Assembly (NCBI GenBank): GCA_964016885.1
Contig: OZ024744.1
Coordinates: 14,570,001 to 14,634,000, forward strand
Length of the DNA: 64,000 nt
Source: Eledone cirrhosa
Lineage: Eukaryota
Direction of reading: 5' to 3'
Within the stretch, counting starts at the first letter, position 1. Each line of letters starts with the position of its first letter. Below are positions 13,400-27,300 of the stretch, piece by piece. The notes under the pieces are model-generated. The model saw only the letters and a list, made by a program, of their open reading frames with translations, ran no database searches and was not told where the DNA came from. Position numbers and translations under genes: made by a program.

Positions 13400-15460
13400 C
13401 TAACCACTAAGCCATGTGCCTCCATTGCAAGGCCAATGCTCTAACCAATAAGCCATGTGCCTCCATTGCAAGGCCAATACTCTAACCACTAAGTCATGTG
13501 CCTCCATTGCAAGGTCAATGCTCTAACCACTAAGCCATGTGCCTCCATTGCAAGGCCAATGCTCTAACCACAAATCATGTGCGTCCATTGCAAGGCCAAT
13601 ACTCTAACCACTAAGCCATGTGCCTCCATTGCAAGGCCAATGTTCTAACCACTAAGTCATGTGCCTCCATTGCAAGGCCTATGCTCTAACCACTAAGCCA
13701 TGTGCCTCCATTGCAAGGCCAATGCTCTAACCACTAAACTATGTGCCTCCATTGCAAGGCCAATTCTCTAACCACTAAGCGATGTGCCTCCATTGCAAGG
13801 CCAATGCTCTAACCACTAAGTCATGTGCCTCCATTACAAGGCCAATGCTCTAACCACTAAACCATCTGCCTCCATTGCAAGGCCAATGCTCTAACCACTA
13901 AGCCATGTGCCTCCATTGCAAGGCCAATGCTCCAACCACTAAGTCATGTGCCTCCATTGCAAGGCCAATGCTCTAACCACTAAACCATCTGCCTCCATTG
14001 CAAGGCCAATGCTCTAACCACTAAGTCATGTGCCTCCATTGCAAGGCCAATGCCCTAACCACTAAGCCATGTGCCTCCATTGCAAGGCCAATTCTCTAAC
14101 CACTAAGCCATGTTCCTCCATTGCAAGGCCAATGCTCTAACCACTAAGTCATGTTCCTCCATTGCAAATCCAATGCTCTCACCACTAAGCCATGTGCCTC
14201 CATTGCTAGGCCAATGCTCTAACCACTAAACCATCTGCCTCCATTGCAAGGCCAATGCTCTAACCACTAAACCATCTGCCTCCATTGCAAGGCCAATGCT
14301 TTAACCACTAAGTCATGTGCCTCCATTGCAAGGCCAATGCTCTAACCACTAAGCCATGTGCCTCCATTGCAAGGCCAATGCTCTAACCACTAAGTCATGT
14401 TCCTCCATTGCAAATCCAATGCTCTAACCACTAAGCCATGTGCCTCCATTGCAAGGCCAATGCTCTAACCACTAAGCCATGTGCCACCATTGCAAGGCCA
14501 ATGCTCTAACCACTAAGCCATGTGCCACCATTGCAAGGCCAATGCTCTAACCACTAAACCATCTGCCTCCGTTGCAAGGCCAATGCTCTAACCACTAAGC
14601 CATCTGCCTCCATTGCAAGGCCAATGCTCTAACCACTAAGCCATGTGCCTCCATTGCAAGGCCAATGCTCTAACCAATAAGCCATGTGCCTCCATTGCAA
14701 GGCCAATACTCTAACCACTAAGCCATGTGCCTCCATTGCAAGGCCAATGCGCTAACCAATAAGCCATGTGCCTCCATTGCAAGGCCAATGCTCTAACCAC
14801 TAAGCCATGTGCCTCCATTGCAAGGCCAATGCTCTAACCACTAAGCCATGTTCCTCCATTGCAAGGACAATGCTCTAACTACTAAGTCATGTTCCTCCAT
14901 TGCAAAGCCAATGCTCTAACCACTAAGCCCTGTGCCCCCATTGCAAGGCCAATGCTTTAACCACTAAGCCATGTGCCACCATTGCAAGGCCAATGCTCTA
15001 ACCACTAAACCATCTCCCTCCATTGCAAGGCCAATGCTCCAACCACTAAGCCATCTGCCTCCATTGCAAGGCCAATGCTCTAACCACTAAGCCATGTGCC
15101 TCCATTGCAAGGCCAATGCTCTAACCAATAAGCCATGTGCCTCCATTGCAAGGCCAATACTCTAACCACTAAGTCATGTGCCTCCATTGCAAGGTCAATG
15201 CTCTAACCACTAAGCCATGTGCCTCCATTGCAAGGCCAATGCTCTAACCACAAATCATGTGCGTCCATTGCAAGGCCAATACTCTAACCACTAAGCCATG
15301 TGCCTCCATTGCAAGGCCAATGTTCTAACCACTAAGTCATGTGCCTCCATTGCAAGGCCAATGCTCTAACCACTAAGCCATGTGCCTCCATTGCAAGGCC
15401 AATGCTCTAACCACTAAACTATGTGCCTCCATTGCAAGGCCAATTCTCTAACCACTAAGC
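13400..15460. repeat. Further copy of the 1680-bp higher-order unit (offset 3565 from the first copy), about 1.2 units
   Basis: ctctcaccac...cattgctagg occurs at 14176 versus 10611, and line 13561 equals line 15241 (offset 1680). Confidence 0.85.
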
Positions 15461-18400
15461 CATGTGCCTCCATTGCAAGGTCAATGCTCTAACCACTAAG
15501 CCATGTGCGTCCATTGCAAGGCCAATTCTCTAACCACTAAGCCATGTGCCTCCATTGCAAGGCCAATGCTCTAACCACAAATCATGTGCCTCCATTGCAA
15601 GGCCAATGCTCTAACCACTAAGCCATGTGCCTCCATTGTAAGGCCAATGCTCTAACCACTAAGCCATGTGCCTCCATTGCAAGGCCAATGCTCTAACCAC
15701 TAAGCCATGTATCTCCATTGCAAGGCCAATCTTCTAACCACTAAGCCATGTGCCTCCATTGCAAGGCCAATGCTCTAACCACTAAGTCATGTGCCTCCAT
15801 TGCAAGGCCAATGCACTAACCACTAAGCCATGTGCCTCCATTGCAAGGCCAATGCTCTAACCACTAAACCATCTGCCTCCATTGCGAGGCCAATGCTCTA
15901 ACCACTAAGCCATGTGCCTCCACTGCAAGGCCAATGCTCTAACCACTAAGTCATGTGCCTCCATTGCAAGGCCAATGCTCTAACCACTAAGCCATGTGCC
16001 TCCATTGCAAGGCCAATGTTCTAACCACTAAGTCATGTGCCTCCATTGCAAGGCCAATGCTCTAACCACTAAGTCATGTGCCTCCATTGCAAGGCCAATG
16101 CTCTAACCACTAAACCATCTGCCTCCATTGCAAGGCCAATGTTCTAACCACTAAGTCATGTGCCTCCATTGCAAGGCCAATGCTCTAACCACTAAGCCAT
16201 GTGCCTCCATTGCAAGGCCAATACTCTAACCACTAAGTCATGTGCCTCCATTGCAAGGCCAATGCTCTAACCACTAAGTCATATGCCTCCATTGCAAGGT
16301 CAATGCTCTAACCACTAAGTCATGTGCCTCCATTGCAAGGCCAATGCTCTAACCACTAAGTCATGTGCCTCCATTACAAGGCCAATGCTCTAACCACTAA
16401 GCCATGTGCCTCCATTGCAAGGCCAATACTTTAACCACTAAGTCATGTGCCTCCATTGCAAAGCCAATGCTCTAACCACTAAGTCATGTGCCTCCATTGT
16501 AAGATCAATGCTCTAACCACTAAGTCATGTGCCTCCATTGCAAGGCCAATGCTCTAACCACTAAGTCATGTGCCTCCATTGCAAGGCCAATGCTCTAACC
16601 ACTAAGTCATGCGCCTCCATTGCAAGGCCAATGCTCTAACCACTAAGCCATGTGCCTCCATTGCAAGGCCAATGCTCTAATCACTAAGCCATGTGCCTCC
16701 ATTGCAAGGCCAATGCTCTAACCACTAAACCATCTGCCTCCATTGCAAGGCCAATGCTCTAACCACTAAGTCATGTGCCTCCATTGCAAGGCCAATGCTC
16801 TAACCACTAAGCCATGTGCCTCCATTGCAAGGCCAATGCTCTAACCACTAAGTCATGTGCCTCCATTGCAAGGCCAATGCTCTAACCACTAAGTCATGCG
16901 CCTCCATTGCAAGGCCAATGCTCTAACCACTAAGCCATGTGCCTCCATTGCAAGGACAATGCTCTAACCACTAAGCCATGTGCCTCCATTGCAAGGCCAA
17001 TTCTCTAACCACTAAGCCATGTGCCTCCATTGCAAGGCCAATGCTCTAACCACAAATCATGTGCCTCCATTGCAAGGCCAATGCTCTAACCACTAAGTAA
17101 TGTGCCTCCATTGCAAGGCCAATGCTCTAACCACTAAACCATCTGCCTCCATTGCAAGGCCAATGCTCTAACCACTAAGCCATGTGCCTCCATTGTAAGG
17201 CCAATGCTCTAACCACTAAACCATGTGCCTCCATTGCAAGTCCAATGCTCTAACAACTAAGCCATGTGCCTACATTGCAAGTCCAATGCTCTAACCACTA
17301 AGTCATGCGGCTCCATTGCAAGGCCAATGCTCTAACCACTAAGACATGTGCCTCAATTGAAAGTCCAATGCTCTAACCACTAAGCCATGTATCTCCATTG
17401 CAAGGCCAATCTTCTAACCACTAAGCCATGTGCCTCCATTGCAAGGCCAATGCTCTAACCACTAAGTCATGTGCCTCCATTGCAAGGCCAATGCACTAAC
17501 CACTAAGCCATGTGCCTCCATTGCAAGGCCAATGTTCTAACCACTAAGTCATGTGCCTCCATTGCAAGGCCAATGCTCTAACCACTAAGTCATGTGCCTC
17601 CATTGCAAGGCCAATGCTCTAACCACTAAACCATCTGCCTCCATTGCAAGGCCAATGCTCTAACCACTAAGTCATGTGCCTCCATTGCAAGGCCAATGCT
17701 CTAACCAGTAAGCCATGTGCCTCCATTGCAAGGCCAATACGCTAACCACTAAGTCATGTGCCTCCAATGCAAGGCCAATGCTCTAACCACTAAGTCATGT
17801 GCCTCCATTGCAAGGTCAATGCTCTAACCACTAAGTCATGTGGCTCCATTGCAAGGACAATGCTCTAACCACTAAGTCATGTGCCTACATTGCAAGGCCA
17901 ATGCTCTAACCACTAAGTCATGTGCCTCCATTGCAAGGCCAATGCTCTAACCACTAAGTCATGCGCCTCCATTGCAAGGCCAATGCTCTAACCACTAAGC
18001 CATGTGCCTCCATTGCAAGGCCAATGCTCTAACCACTAAGCCATGTGCGTCCATTGCAAGGCCAATTCTCTAACCACTAAGCCATGTGCCTCCATTGCAA
18101 GGCCAATGCTCTAACCACAAATCATGTGCCTCCATTGCAAGGCCAATGCTCTAACCACTAAGTCATGTGCCTCCATTGCAAGGCCAATGCTCTAACCACT
18201 AAACCATCTGCCTCCATTGCAAGGCCAATGCTCTAACCACTAAGCCATGTGCCTCCATTGTAAGGCCAATGCTCTAACCACTAAGCCATGTGCCTCCATT
18301 GCAAGACCAATGCTCTAACCACTAAGCCATGTATCTCCATTGCAAGGCCAATCTTCTAACCACTAAGCCATGTGCCTCCATTGCAAGGCCAATGCTCTAA

Positions 18401-19079
18401 CCACTAAGTCATGTGCCTCCATTGCAAGGCCAATGCACTAACCACTAAGCCATGTGCCTCCATTGCAAGGCCAATGCTCTAACCACTAAACCATCTGCCT
18501 CCATTGCGAGGCCAATGCTCTAACCACTAAGCCATGTGCCTCCACTGCAAGGCCAATGCTTTAACCACTAAGTCATGTGCCTCCATTGCAAGGCCAATGC
18601 TCTAACCACTAAGCCATGTGCCTCCATTGCAAGGCCAATGTTCTAACCACTAAGTCATGTGCCTCCATTGCAAGGCCAATGCTCTAACCACTAAGTCATG
18701 TGCCTCCATTGCAAGGCCAATGCTCTAACCACTAAACCATCTGCCTCCATTGCAAGGCCAATGTTCTAACCACTAAGTCATGTGCCTCCATTGCAAGGCC
18801 AATGCTCTAACCACTAAGCCATGTGCCTCCATTGCAAGGCCAATACTCTAACCACTAAGTCATGTGCCTCCATTGCAAGGCCAATGCTCTAACCACTAAG
18901 TCATATGCCTCCATTGCAAGGTCAATGCTCTAACCACTGAACTATGTGCCTCCATTGCAAGGCCAATTCTCTAACCACTAAGCCATGTGCCTCCATTGCA
19001 AGGCCAATGCTCTAACCACTAAGCCATGTGCCTCCACTGCAAGTCCAATGCTCTAACCACTAAGTCATGTGCCTCCATT

Positions 19080-21397
19080 GCAAGGCCAATGCTCTAACCA
19101 CTAAGCCATGTGCCTCCATTGCAAGGCCAATGCTCTAACCACTAAACTATGTGCCTCCATTGCAAGGCCAATGCTCTAACCACTAAACCATCTGCCTCCA
19201 TTGCAAGGCCAATGCTCTAACCACTAAGTCATGTGCCTCCATTGCAAGGTCAATGCTCTAACCACTAAGCCATGTGCCTCCATTGCAAGGCCAATGCTCT
19301 AACCACTAAGTCATGTTCCTCCATTGCAAATCCAATGCTCTAACCACTAAGCCATGTGCCTCCATTGCAAGGCCAATGCTCTAACCACTAAGCTATGTGC
19401 CACCATTGCAAGGCCAATGCTCTAACCACTAAGCCATGTGCCACCATTGCAAGGCCAATGCTCTAACCACTAAACCATCTGCCTCCGTTGCAAGGCCAAT
19501 GCTCTAACCACTAAGCCATCTGCCTCCATTGCAAGGCCAATGCTCTAACCACTAAGCCATGTGCCTCCATTGCAAGGCCAATGCTCTAACCAATAAGCCA
19601 TGTGCCTCCATTGCAAGGCCAATACTCTAACCACTAAGCCATGTGCCTCCATTGCAAGGCCAATGCGCTAACCAATAAGCCATGTGCCTCCATTGCAAAG
19701 CCAATGCTCTAACCACTAAGCCATGTGCCTCCATTGCAAGGCCAATGCTCTAACCACTAAGCCATGTTCCTCCATTGCAAGGACAATGCTCTAACCACTA
19801 AGTCATGTTCCTCCATTGCAAAGCCAATGCTCTAACCACTAAGCCCTGTGCCCCCATTGCAAGGCCAATGCTTTAACCACTAAGCCATGTGCCACCATTG
19901 CAAGGCCAATGCTCTAACCACTAAACCATCTCCCTCCATTGCAAGGCCAATGCTCTAACCACTAAGCCATCTGCCTCCATTGCAAGGCCAATGCTCTAAC
20001 CACTAAGCCATGTGCCTCCATTGCAAGGCCAATGCACTAACCAATAAGCCATGTGCCTCCATTGCAAGGCCAATACTCTAACCACTAAGTCATGTGCCTC
20101 CATTGCAAGGTCAATGCTCTAACCACTAAGCCATGTGCCTCCATTGCAAGGCCAATGCTCTAACCACAAATCATGTGCGTCCATTGCAAGGCCAATACTC
20201 TAACCACTAAGCCATGTGCCTCCATTGCAAGGCCAATGTTCTAACCACTAAGCCATGTGCCTCCATTGCAAGGCCAATGCTCTAACCACTAAACTATGTG
20301 CCTCCATTGCAAGGCCAATGCTCTAACCACTAAACCATCTGCCTCCATTGGAAGGCCAATGCTCTAACCACTAAGTCATGTGCCTCCATTGCAAGGCCAA
20401 TGCTCTAACCACTAAGCCATGTGCCTCCATTGCAAGGCCAATGCTCTAACCACTAAGTCATGTTCCTCCATTGCAAATCCAATGCTCTAACCACTAAGCC
20501 ATGTGCCTCCATTGCAAGGCCAATGCTCTAACCACTAAGCTATGTGCCACCATTGCAAGGCCAATGCTCTAACCACTAAGCCATGTGCCACCATTGCAAG
20601 GCCAATGCTCTAACCACTAAACCATCTGCCTCCGTTGCAAGGCCAATGCTCTAACCACTAAGCCATCTGCCTCCATTGCAAGGCCAATGCTCTAACCACT
20701 AAGCCATGTGCCTCCATTGCAAGGCCAATGCTCTAACCAATAAGCCATGTGCCTCCATTGCAAGGCCAATACTCTAACCACTAAGCCATGTGCCTCCATT
20801 GCAAGGCCAATGCGCTAACCAATAAGCCATGTGCCTCCATTGCAAAGCCAATGCTCTAACCACTAAGCCATGTGCCTCCATTGCAAGGCCAATGCTCTAA
20901 CCACTAAGCCATGTTCCTCCATTGCAAGGACAATGCTCTAACCACTAAGTCATGTTCCTCCATTGCAAAGCCAATGCTCTAACCACTAAGCCCTGTGCCC
21001 CCATTGCAAGGCCAATGCTTTAACCACTAAGCCATGTGCCACCATTGCAAGGCCAATGCTCTAACCACTAAACCATCTCCCTCCATTGCAAGGCCAATGC
21101 TCTAACCACTAAGCCATCTGCCTCCATTGCAAGGCCAATGCTCTAACCACTAAGCCATGTGCCTCCATTGCAAGGCCAATGCACTAACCAATAAGCCATG
21201 TGCCTCCATTGCAAGGCCAATACTCTAACCACTAAGTCATGTGCCTCCATTGCAAGGTCAATGCTCTAACCACTAAGCCATGTGCCTCCATTGCAAGGCC
21301 AATGCTCTAACCACAAATCATGTGCGTCCATTGCAAGGCCAATACTCTAACCACTAAGCCATGTGCCTCCATTGCAAGGCCAATGTTCTAACCACTA
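19080..21397. repeat. Higher-order tandem duplication, 1147-bp unit (28 monomers)
   Basis: Markers aaactat 19144/20291, aagctatg (t at 19394/20541) and gcactaaccaataag 20034/21181 are all offset by 1147. Confidence 0.9.
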
Positions 21398-24300
21398 AGT
21401 CATGTGCCTCCATTGCAAGGCCAATGCTCTAACCACTAAGCCATGTGCCTCCATTGCAAGGCCAATGCTCTAACCACTAAACTATGTGCCTCCATTGCAA
21501 GGCCAATTCTCTAACCACTAAGCCATGTGCCTCCATTGCAAGGTCAATGCTCTAACCACTAAGCCATGTGCGTCCATTGCAAGGCCAATTCTCTAACCAC
21601 TAAGCCATGTGCCTCCATTGCAAGGCCAATGCTCTAACCACAAATCATGTGCCTCCATTGCAAGGCCAATGCTCTAACCACTAAGTCATGTGCCTCCATT
21701 GCAAGGCCAATGCTCTAACCACTAAACCATCTGCCTCCATTGCAAGGCCAATGCTCTAACCACTAAGCCATGTGCCTCCATTGTAAGGCCAATGCTCTAA
21801 CCACTAAGCCATGTGCCTCCATTGCAAGGCCAATGCTCTAACCACTAAGCCATGTATCTCCATTGCAAGGCCAATCTTCTAACCACTAAGCCATGTGCCT
21901 CCATTGCAAGGCCAATGCTCTAACCACTAAGCCATGTGCCTCCATTGCAAGGCCAATGTTCTAACCACTAAGTCATGTGCCTCCATTGCAAGGCCAATGC
22001 TCTAACCACTAAGTCATGTGCCTCCATTGCAAGGCCAATGCTCTAACCACTAAACCATCTGCCTCCATTGCAAGGCCAATGTTCTAACCACTAAGTCATG
22101 TGCCTCCATTGCAAGGCCAATGCTCTAACCACTAAGCCATGTGCCTCCATTGCAAGGCCAATACTCTAACCACTAAGTCATGTGCCTCCATTGCAAGGCC
22201 AATGCTCTAACCACTAAGTCATATGCCTCCATTGCAAGGTCAATGCTCTAACCACTAAGTCATGTGCCTCCATTGCAAGGCCAATGCTCTAACCACTAAG
22301 TCATGTGCCTCCATTACAAGGCCAATGCTCTAACCACTAAGCCATGTGCCTCCATTGCAAGGCCAATACTCTAACCACTAAGTCATGTGCCTCCATTGCA
22401 AAGCCAATGCTCTAACCACTAAGTCATGTGCCTCCATTGTAAGATCAATGCTCTAACCACTAAGTCATGTGCCTCCATTGCAAGGCCAATGCTCTAACCA
22501 CTAAGTCATGTGCCTACATTGCAAGGCCAATGCTCTAACCACTAAGTCATGTGCCTCCATTGCAAGGCCAATGCTCTAACCACTAAGTCATGCGCCTCCA
22601 TTGCAAGGCCAATGCTCTAACCACTAAGCCATGTGCCTCCATTGCAAGGCCAATGCTCTAATCACTAAGCCATGTGCCTCCATTGCAAGGCCAATGCTCT
22701 AACCACTAAACCATCTGCCTCCATTGCAAGGCCAATGCTCTAACCACTAAGTCATGTGCCTCCATTGCAAGGCCAATGCTCTAACCACTAAGCCATGTGC
22801 CTCCATTGCAAGGCCAATGCTCTAATCACTAAGCCATGTGCCTCCATTGCAAGGCCAATGCTCTAACCACTAAGCCATGTGCCTCCACTGCAAGGCCAAT
22901 GCTCTAACCACTAAGTCATGTGCCTCCATTGCAAGGCCAATGCTCTAACCACTAAGCCATGTGCCTCCATTGCAAGGCCAATGTTCTAACCACTAAGTCA
23001 TGTGCCTCCATTGCAAGGCAATGCTCTAACCACTAAGTCATGTGCCTCCATTGCAAGGCCAATGCTCTAACCACTAAACCATCTGCCTCCATTGCGAGGC
23101 CAATGCTCTAACCACTAAGTCATGTGCCTCCATTGCAAGGCCAATGCTCTAACCACTAAGCCATGTGCCTCCATTGCAAGGCCAATACTCTAACCACTAA
23201 GTCATGTGCCTCCATTGCAAGGCCAATGCTCTAACCACTAAGTCATGTGCCTCCATTGCAAGGTCAATGCTCTAACCACTAAGTCATGTGCCTCCATTGC
23301 AAGGCCAATGCTCTAACCACTAAGTCATGTGCCTCCATTGCAAGGCCAATGCTCTAACCACTAAGTCATGCGCCTCCATTGCAAGGCCAATGCTCTAACC
23401 ACTAAGCCATGTGCCTCCATTGCAAGGCCAATGCTCTAACCACTAAGCCATGTGCCTCCATTGCAAGGCCAATTCTCTAACCACTAAGCCATGTGCCTCC
23501 ATTGCAAGGCCAATGCTCTAACCACAAATCATGTGCCTCCATTGCAAGGCCAATGCTCTAACCACTAAGTAATGTGCCTCCATTGCAAGGCCAATGCTCT
23601 AACCACTAAACCATCTGCCTCCATTGCAAGGCCAATGCTCTAACCACTAAGCCATGTGCCTCCATTGTAAGGCCAATGCTCTAACCACTAAGCCATGTGC
23701 CTCCATTGCAAGTCCAATGCTCTAACAACTAAGCCATGTGCCTACATTGCAAGTCCAATGCTCTAACCACTAAGTCATGCGGCTCCATTGCAAGGCCAAT
23801 GCTCTAACCACTAAGACATGTGCCTCAATTGAAAGTCCAATGCTCTAACCACTAAGCCATGTATCTCCATTGCAAGGCCAATCTTCTAACCACTAAGCCA
23901 TGTGCCTCCATTGCAAGGCCAATGCTCTAACCACTAAGTCATGTGCCTCCATTGCAAGGCCAATGCACTAACCACTAAGCCATGTGCCTCCATTGCAAGG
24001 CTAATGCTCTAACCACTAAACCATCTGCCTCCATTGCGAGGCCAATGCTCTAACCACTAAGCCATGTGCCTCCATTGCAAGGCCAATGCTCTAACCACTA
24101 AGCCATGTGCCTCCACTGCAAGGCCAATGCTCTAACCACTAAGTCATGTGCCTCCATTGCAAGGCCAATGCTCTAACCACTAAGCCATGTGCCTCCATTG
24201 CAAGGCCAATGTTCTAACCACTAAGTCATGTGCCTCCATTGCAAGGCCAATGCTCTAACCACTAAGTCATGTGCCTCCATTGCAAGGCCAATGCTCTAAC

Positions 24301-27300
24301 CACTAAACCATCTGCCTCCATTGCAAGGCCAATGTTCTAACCACTAAGTCATGTGCCTCCATTGCAAGGCCAATGCTCTAACCACTAAGCCATGTGCCTC
24401 CATTGCAAGGCCAATACTCTAACCACTAAGTCATGTGCCTCCATTGCAAGGCCAATGCTCTAACCACTAAGTCATATGCCTCCATTGCACGGTCAATGCT
24501 CTAACCACTAAGTCATGTGCCTCCATTGCAAGGCCAATGCTCTAACCACTAAGTCATGTGCCTCCATTACAAGGCCAATGCTCTAACCACTAAGCCATGT
24601 GCCTCCATTGCAAGGCCAATACTCTAACCACTAAGTCATGTGCCTCCATTGCAAAGCCAATGCTCTAACCACTAAGTCATGTGCCTCCATTGTAAGATCA
24701 ATGCTCTAACCTCTAAGTCATGTGCCTCCATTGCAAGGCCAATGCTCTAACCACTAAGTCATGTGCCTCCATTGCAAGGCCAATGCTCTAACCACTAAGT
24801 CATGTGCCTCCATTGCAAGGCCAATGCTCTAACCACTAAGTCATGCGCCTCCATTGCAAGGCCAATGCTCTAACCACTAAGCCATGTGCCTCCATTGCAA
24901 GGCCAATGCTCTAATCACTAAGCCATGTGCCTCCATTGCAAGGCCAATGCTCTAACCACTAAACCATCTGCCTCCATTGCAAGGCCAATGCTCTAACCAC
25001 TAAGTCATGTGCCTCCATTGCAAGGCCAATGCTCTAACCACTAAGCCATGTGCCTCCATTGCAAGGCCAATGCTCTAATCACTAAGCCATGTGCCTCCAT
25101 TGCAAGGCCAATGCTCTAACCACTAAGCCTTGTGCCTCCACTGCAAGGCCAATGCTCTAACCACTAAGTCATGTGCCTCCATTGCAAGGCCAATGCTCTA
25201 ACCACTAAGCCATGTGCCTCCATTGCAAGGCCAATGTTCTAACCACTAAGTCATGTGCCTCCATTGCAAGGCCAATGCTCTAACCACTAAGTCATGTGCC
25301 TCCATTGCAAGGCCAATGCTCTAACCACTAAACCATCTGCCTCCATTGCGAGGCCAATGCTCTAACCACTAAGTCATGTGCCTCCATTGCAAGGCCAATG
25401 CTCTAACCACTAAGCCATGTGCCTCCATTGCAAGGCCAATACTCTAACCACTAAGTCATGTGCCTCTATTGCAAGGCCAATGCTCTAACCACTAAGTCAT
25501 GTGCCTCCATTGCAAGGTCAATGCTCTAACCACTAAGTCATGCGCCTCCATTGCAAGGCCAATGCTCTAACCACTAAGTCATGCGCCTCCATTGCAAGGC
25601 CAATGCTCTAACCACTAAGCCATGTGCCTCCATTGCAAGGCCAATGCTCTAACCACTAAGCCATATGCCTCCATTGCAAGGCCAATTCTCTAACCACTAA
25701 GCCATGTGCCTCCATTGCAAGGCCAATGCTCTAACCACAAATCATGTGCCTCCATTGCAAGGCCAATGCTCTAACCACTAAGTCATGTGCCTCCATTGCA
25801 AGGCCAATGCTCTAACCACTAAACCATCTGCCTCCATTGCAAGGCCAATGCTCTAACCACTAAGCCATGTGCCTCCATTGTAAGGCCAATGCTCTAACCA
25901 CTAAGCCATGTGCCTCCATTGCAAGTCCAATGCTCTAACAACTAAGCCATGTGCCTACATTGCAAGTCCAATGCTCTAACCACTAAGTCATGCGGCTCCA
26001 TTGCAAGGCCAATGCTCTAACCACTAAGACATGTGCCTCCATTGAAAGTCCAATGCTCTAACCACTAAGCCATGTATCTCCATTGCAAGGCCAATCTTCT
26101 AACCACTAAGCCATGTGCCTCCATTGCAAGGCCAATGCACTAACCACTAAGCCATGTGCCTCCATTGCAAGGCCAATGCTCTAACCACTAAACCATCTGC
26201 CTCCATTGCGAGGCCAATGCTCTAACCACTAAGCCATGTGCCTCCATTGCAAGGCCAATGCTCTAACCACTAAGCCATGTGCCTCCACTGCAAGGCCAAT
26301 GCTCTAACCACTAAGTCATGTGCCTCCATTGCAAGGCCAATGCTCTAACCACTAAGCCATGTGCCTCCATTGCAAGGCCAATGCTCTAACAACTAAGCCA
26401 TGTGCTTCCATTGCAAGGCCAATGGTCTAACCACTAAGCCATGTGCCTCCATTGCAAGGCCAATGTTCTAACCACTAAGTCATGTGCCTCCATTGCAAGG
26501 CCAATGCTCTAACCACTAAGTCATGTGCCTCCATTGCAAGGCCAATGCTCTAACCACTAAACCATCTGCCTCCATTGCAAGGCCAATGCTCTAACCACTA
26601 AGTCATGTGCCTCCATTGCAAGGCCAATGCTCTAACCAGTAAGCCATGTGCCTCCATTGCAAGGCCAATACGCTAACCACTATGTCATGTGCCTCCAATG
26701 CAAGGCCAATGCTCTAACCACTAAGTCATGTGCCTCCATTGCAAGGTCAATGCTCTAACCACTAAGTCATGTGCCTCCATTGCAAGGACAATGCTCTAAC
26801 CACTAATTCATGTGCCTACATTGCAAGGCCAATGCTCTAACCACTAAGTCATGTGCCTCCATTGCAAGGCCAATGCTCTAACCACTAAGTCATGCGCCTC
26901 CATTGCAAGGCCAATGCTCTAACCACTAAGCCATGTGCCTCCATTGCAAGGTCAATGCTCTAACCACTAAGCCATGTGCGTCCATTGCAAGGCCAATTCT
27001 CTAACCACTAAGCCATGTGCCTCCATTGCAAGGCCAATGCTCTAACCACAAATCATGTGCCTCCATTGCAAGGCCAATGCTCTAACCACTAAGTCATGTG
27101 CCTCCATTGCAAGGCCAATGCTCTAACCACTAAACCATCTGCCTCCATTGCAAGGCCAATGCTCTAACCACTAAGCCATGTGCCTCCATTGTAAGGCCAA
27201 TGCTCTAACCACTAAGCCATGTGCCTCCATTGCAAGGCCAATGCTCTAACCACTAAGCCATGTATCTCCATTGCAAGGCCAATCTTCTAACCACTAAGCC

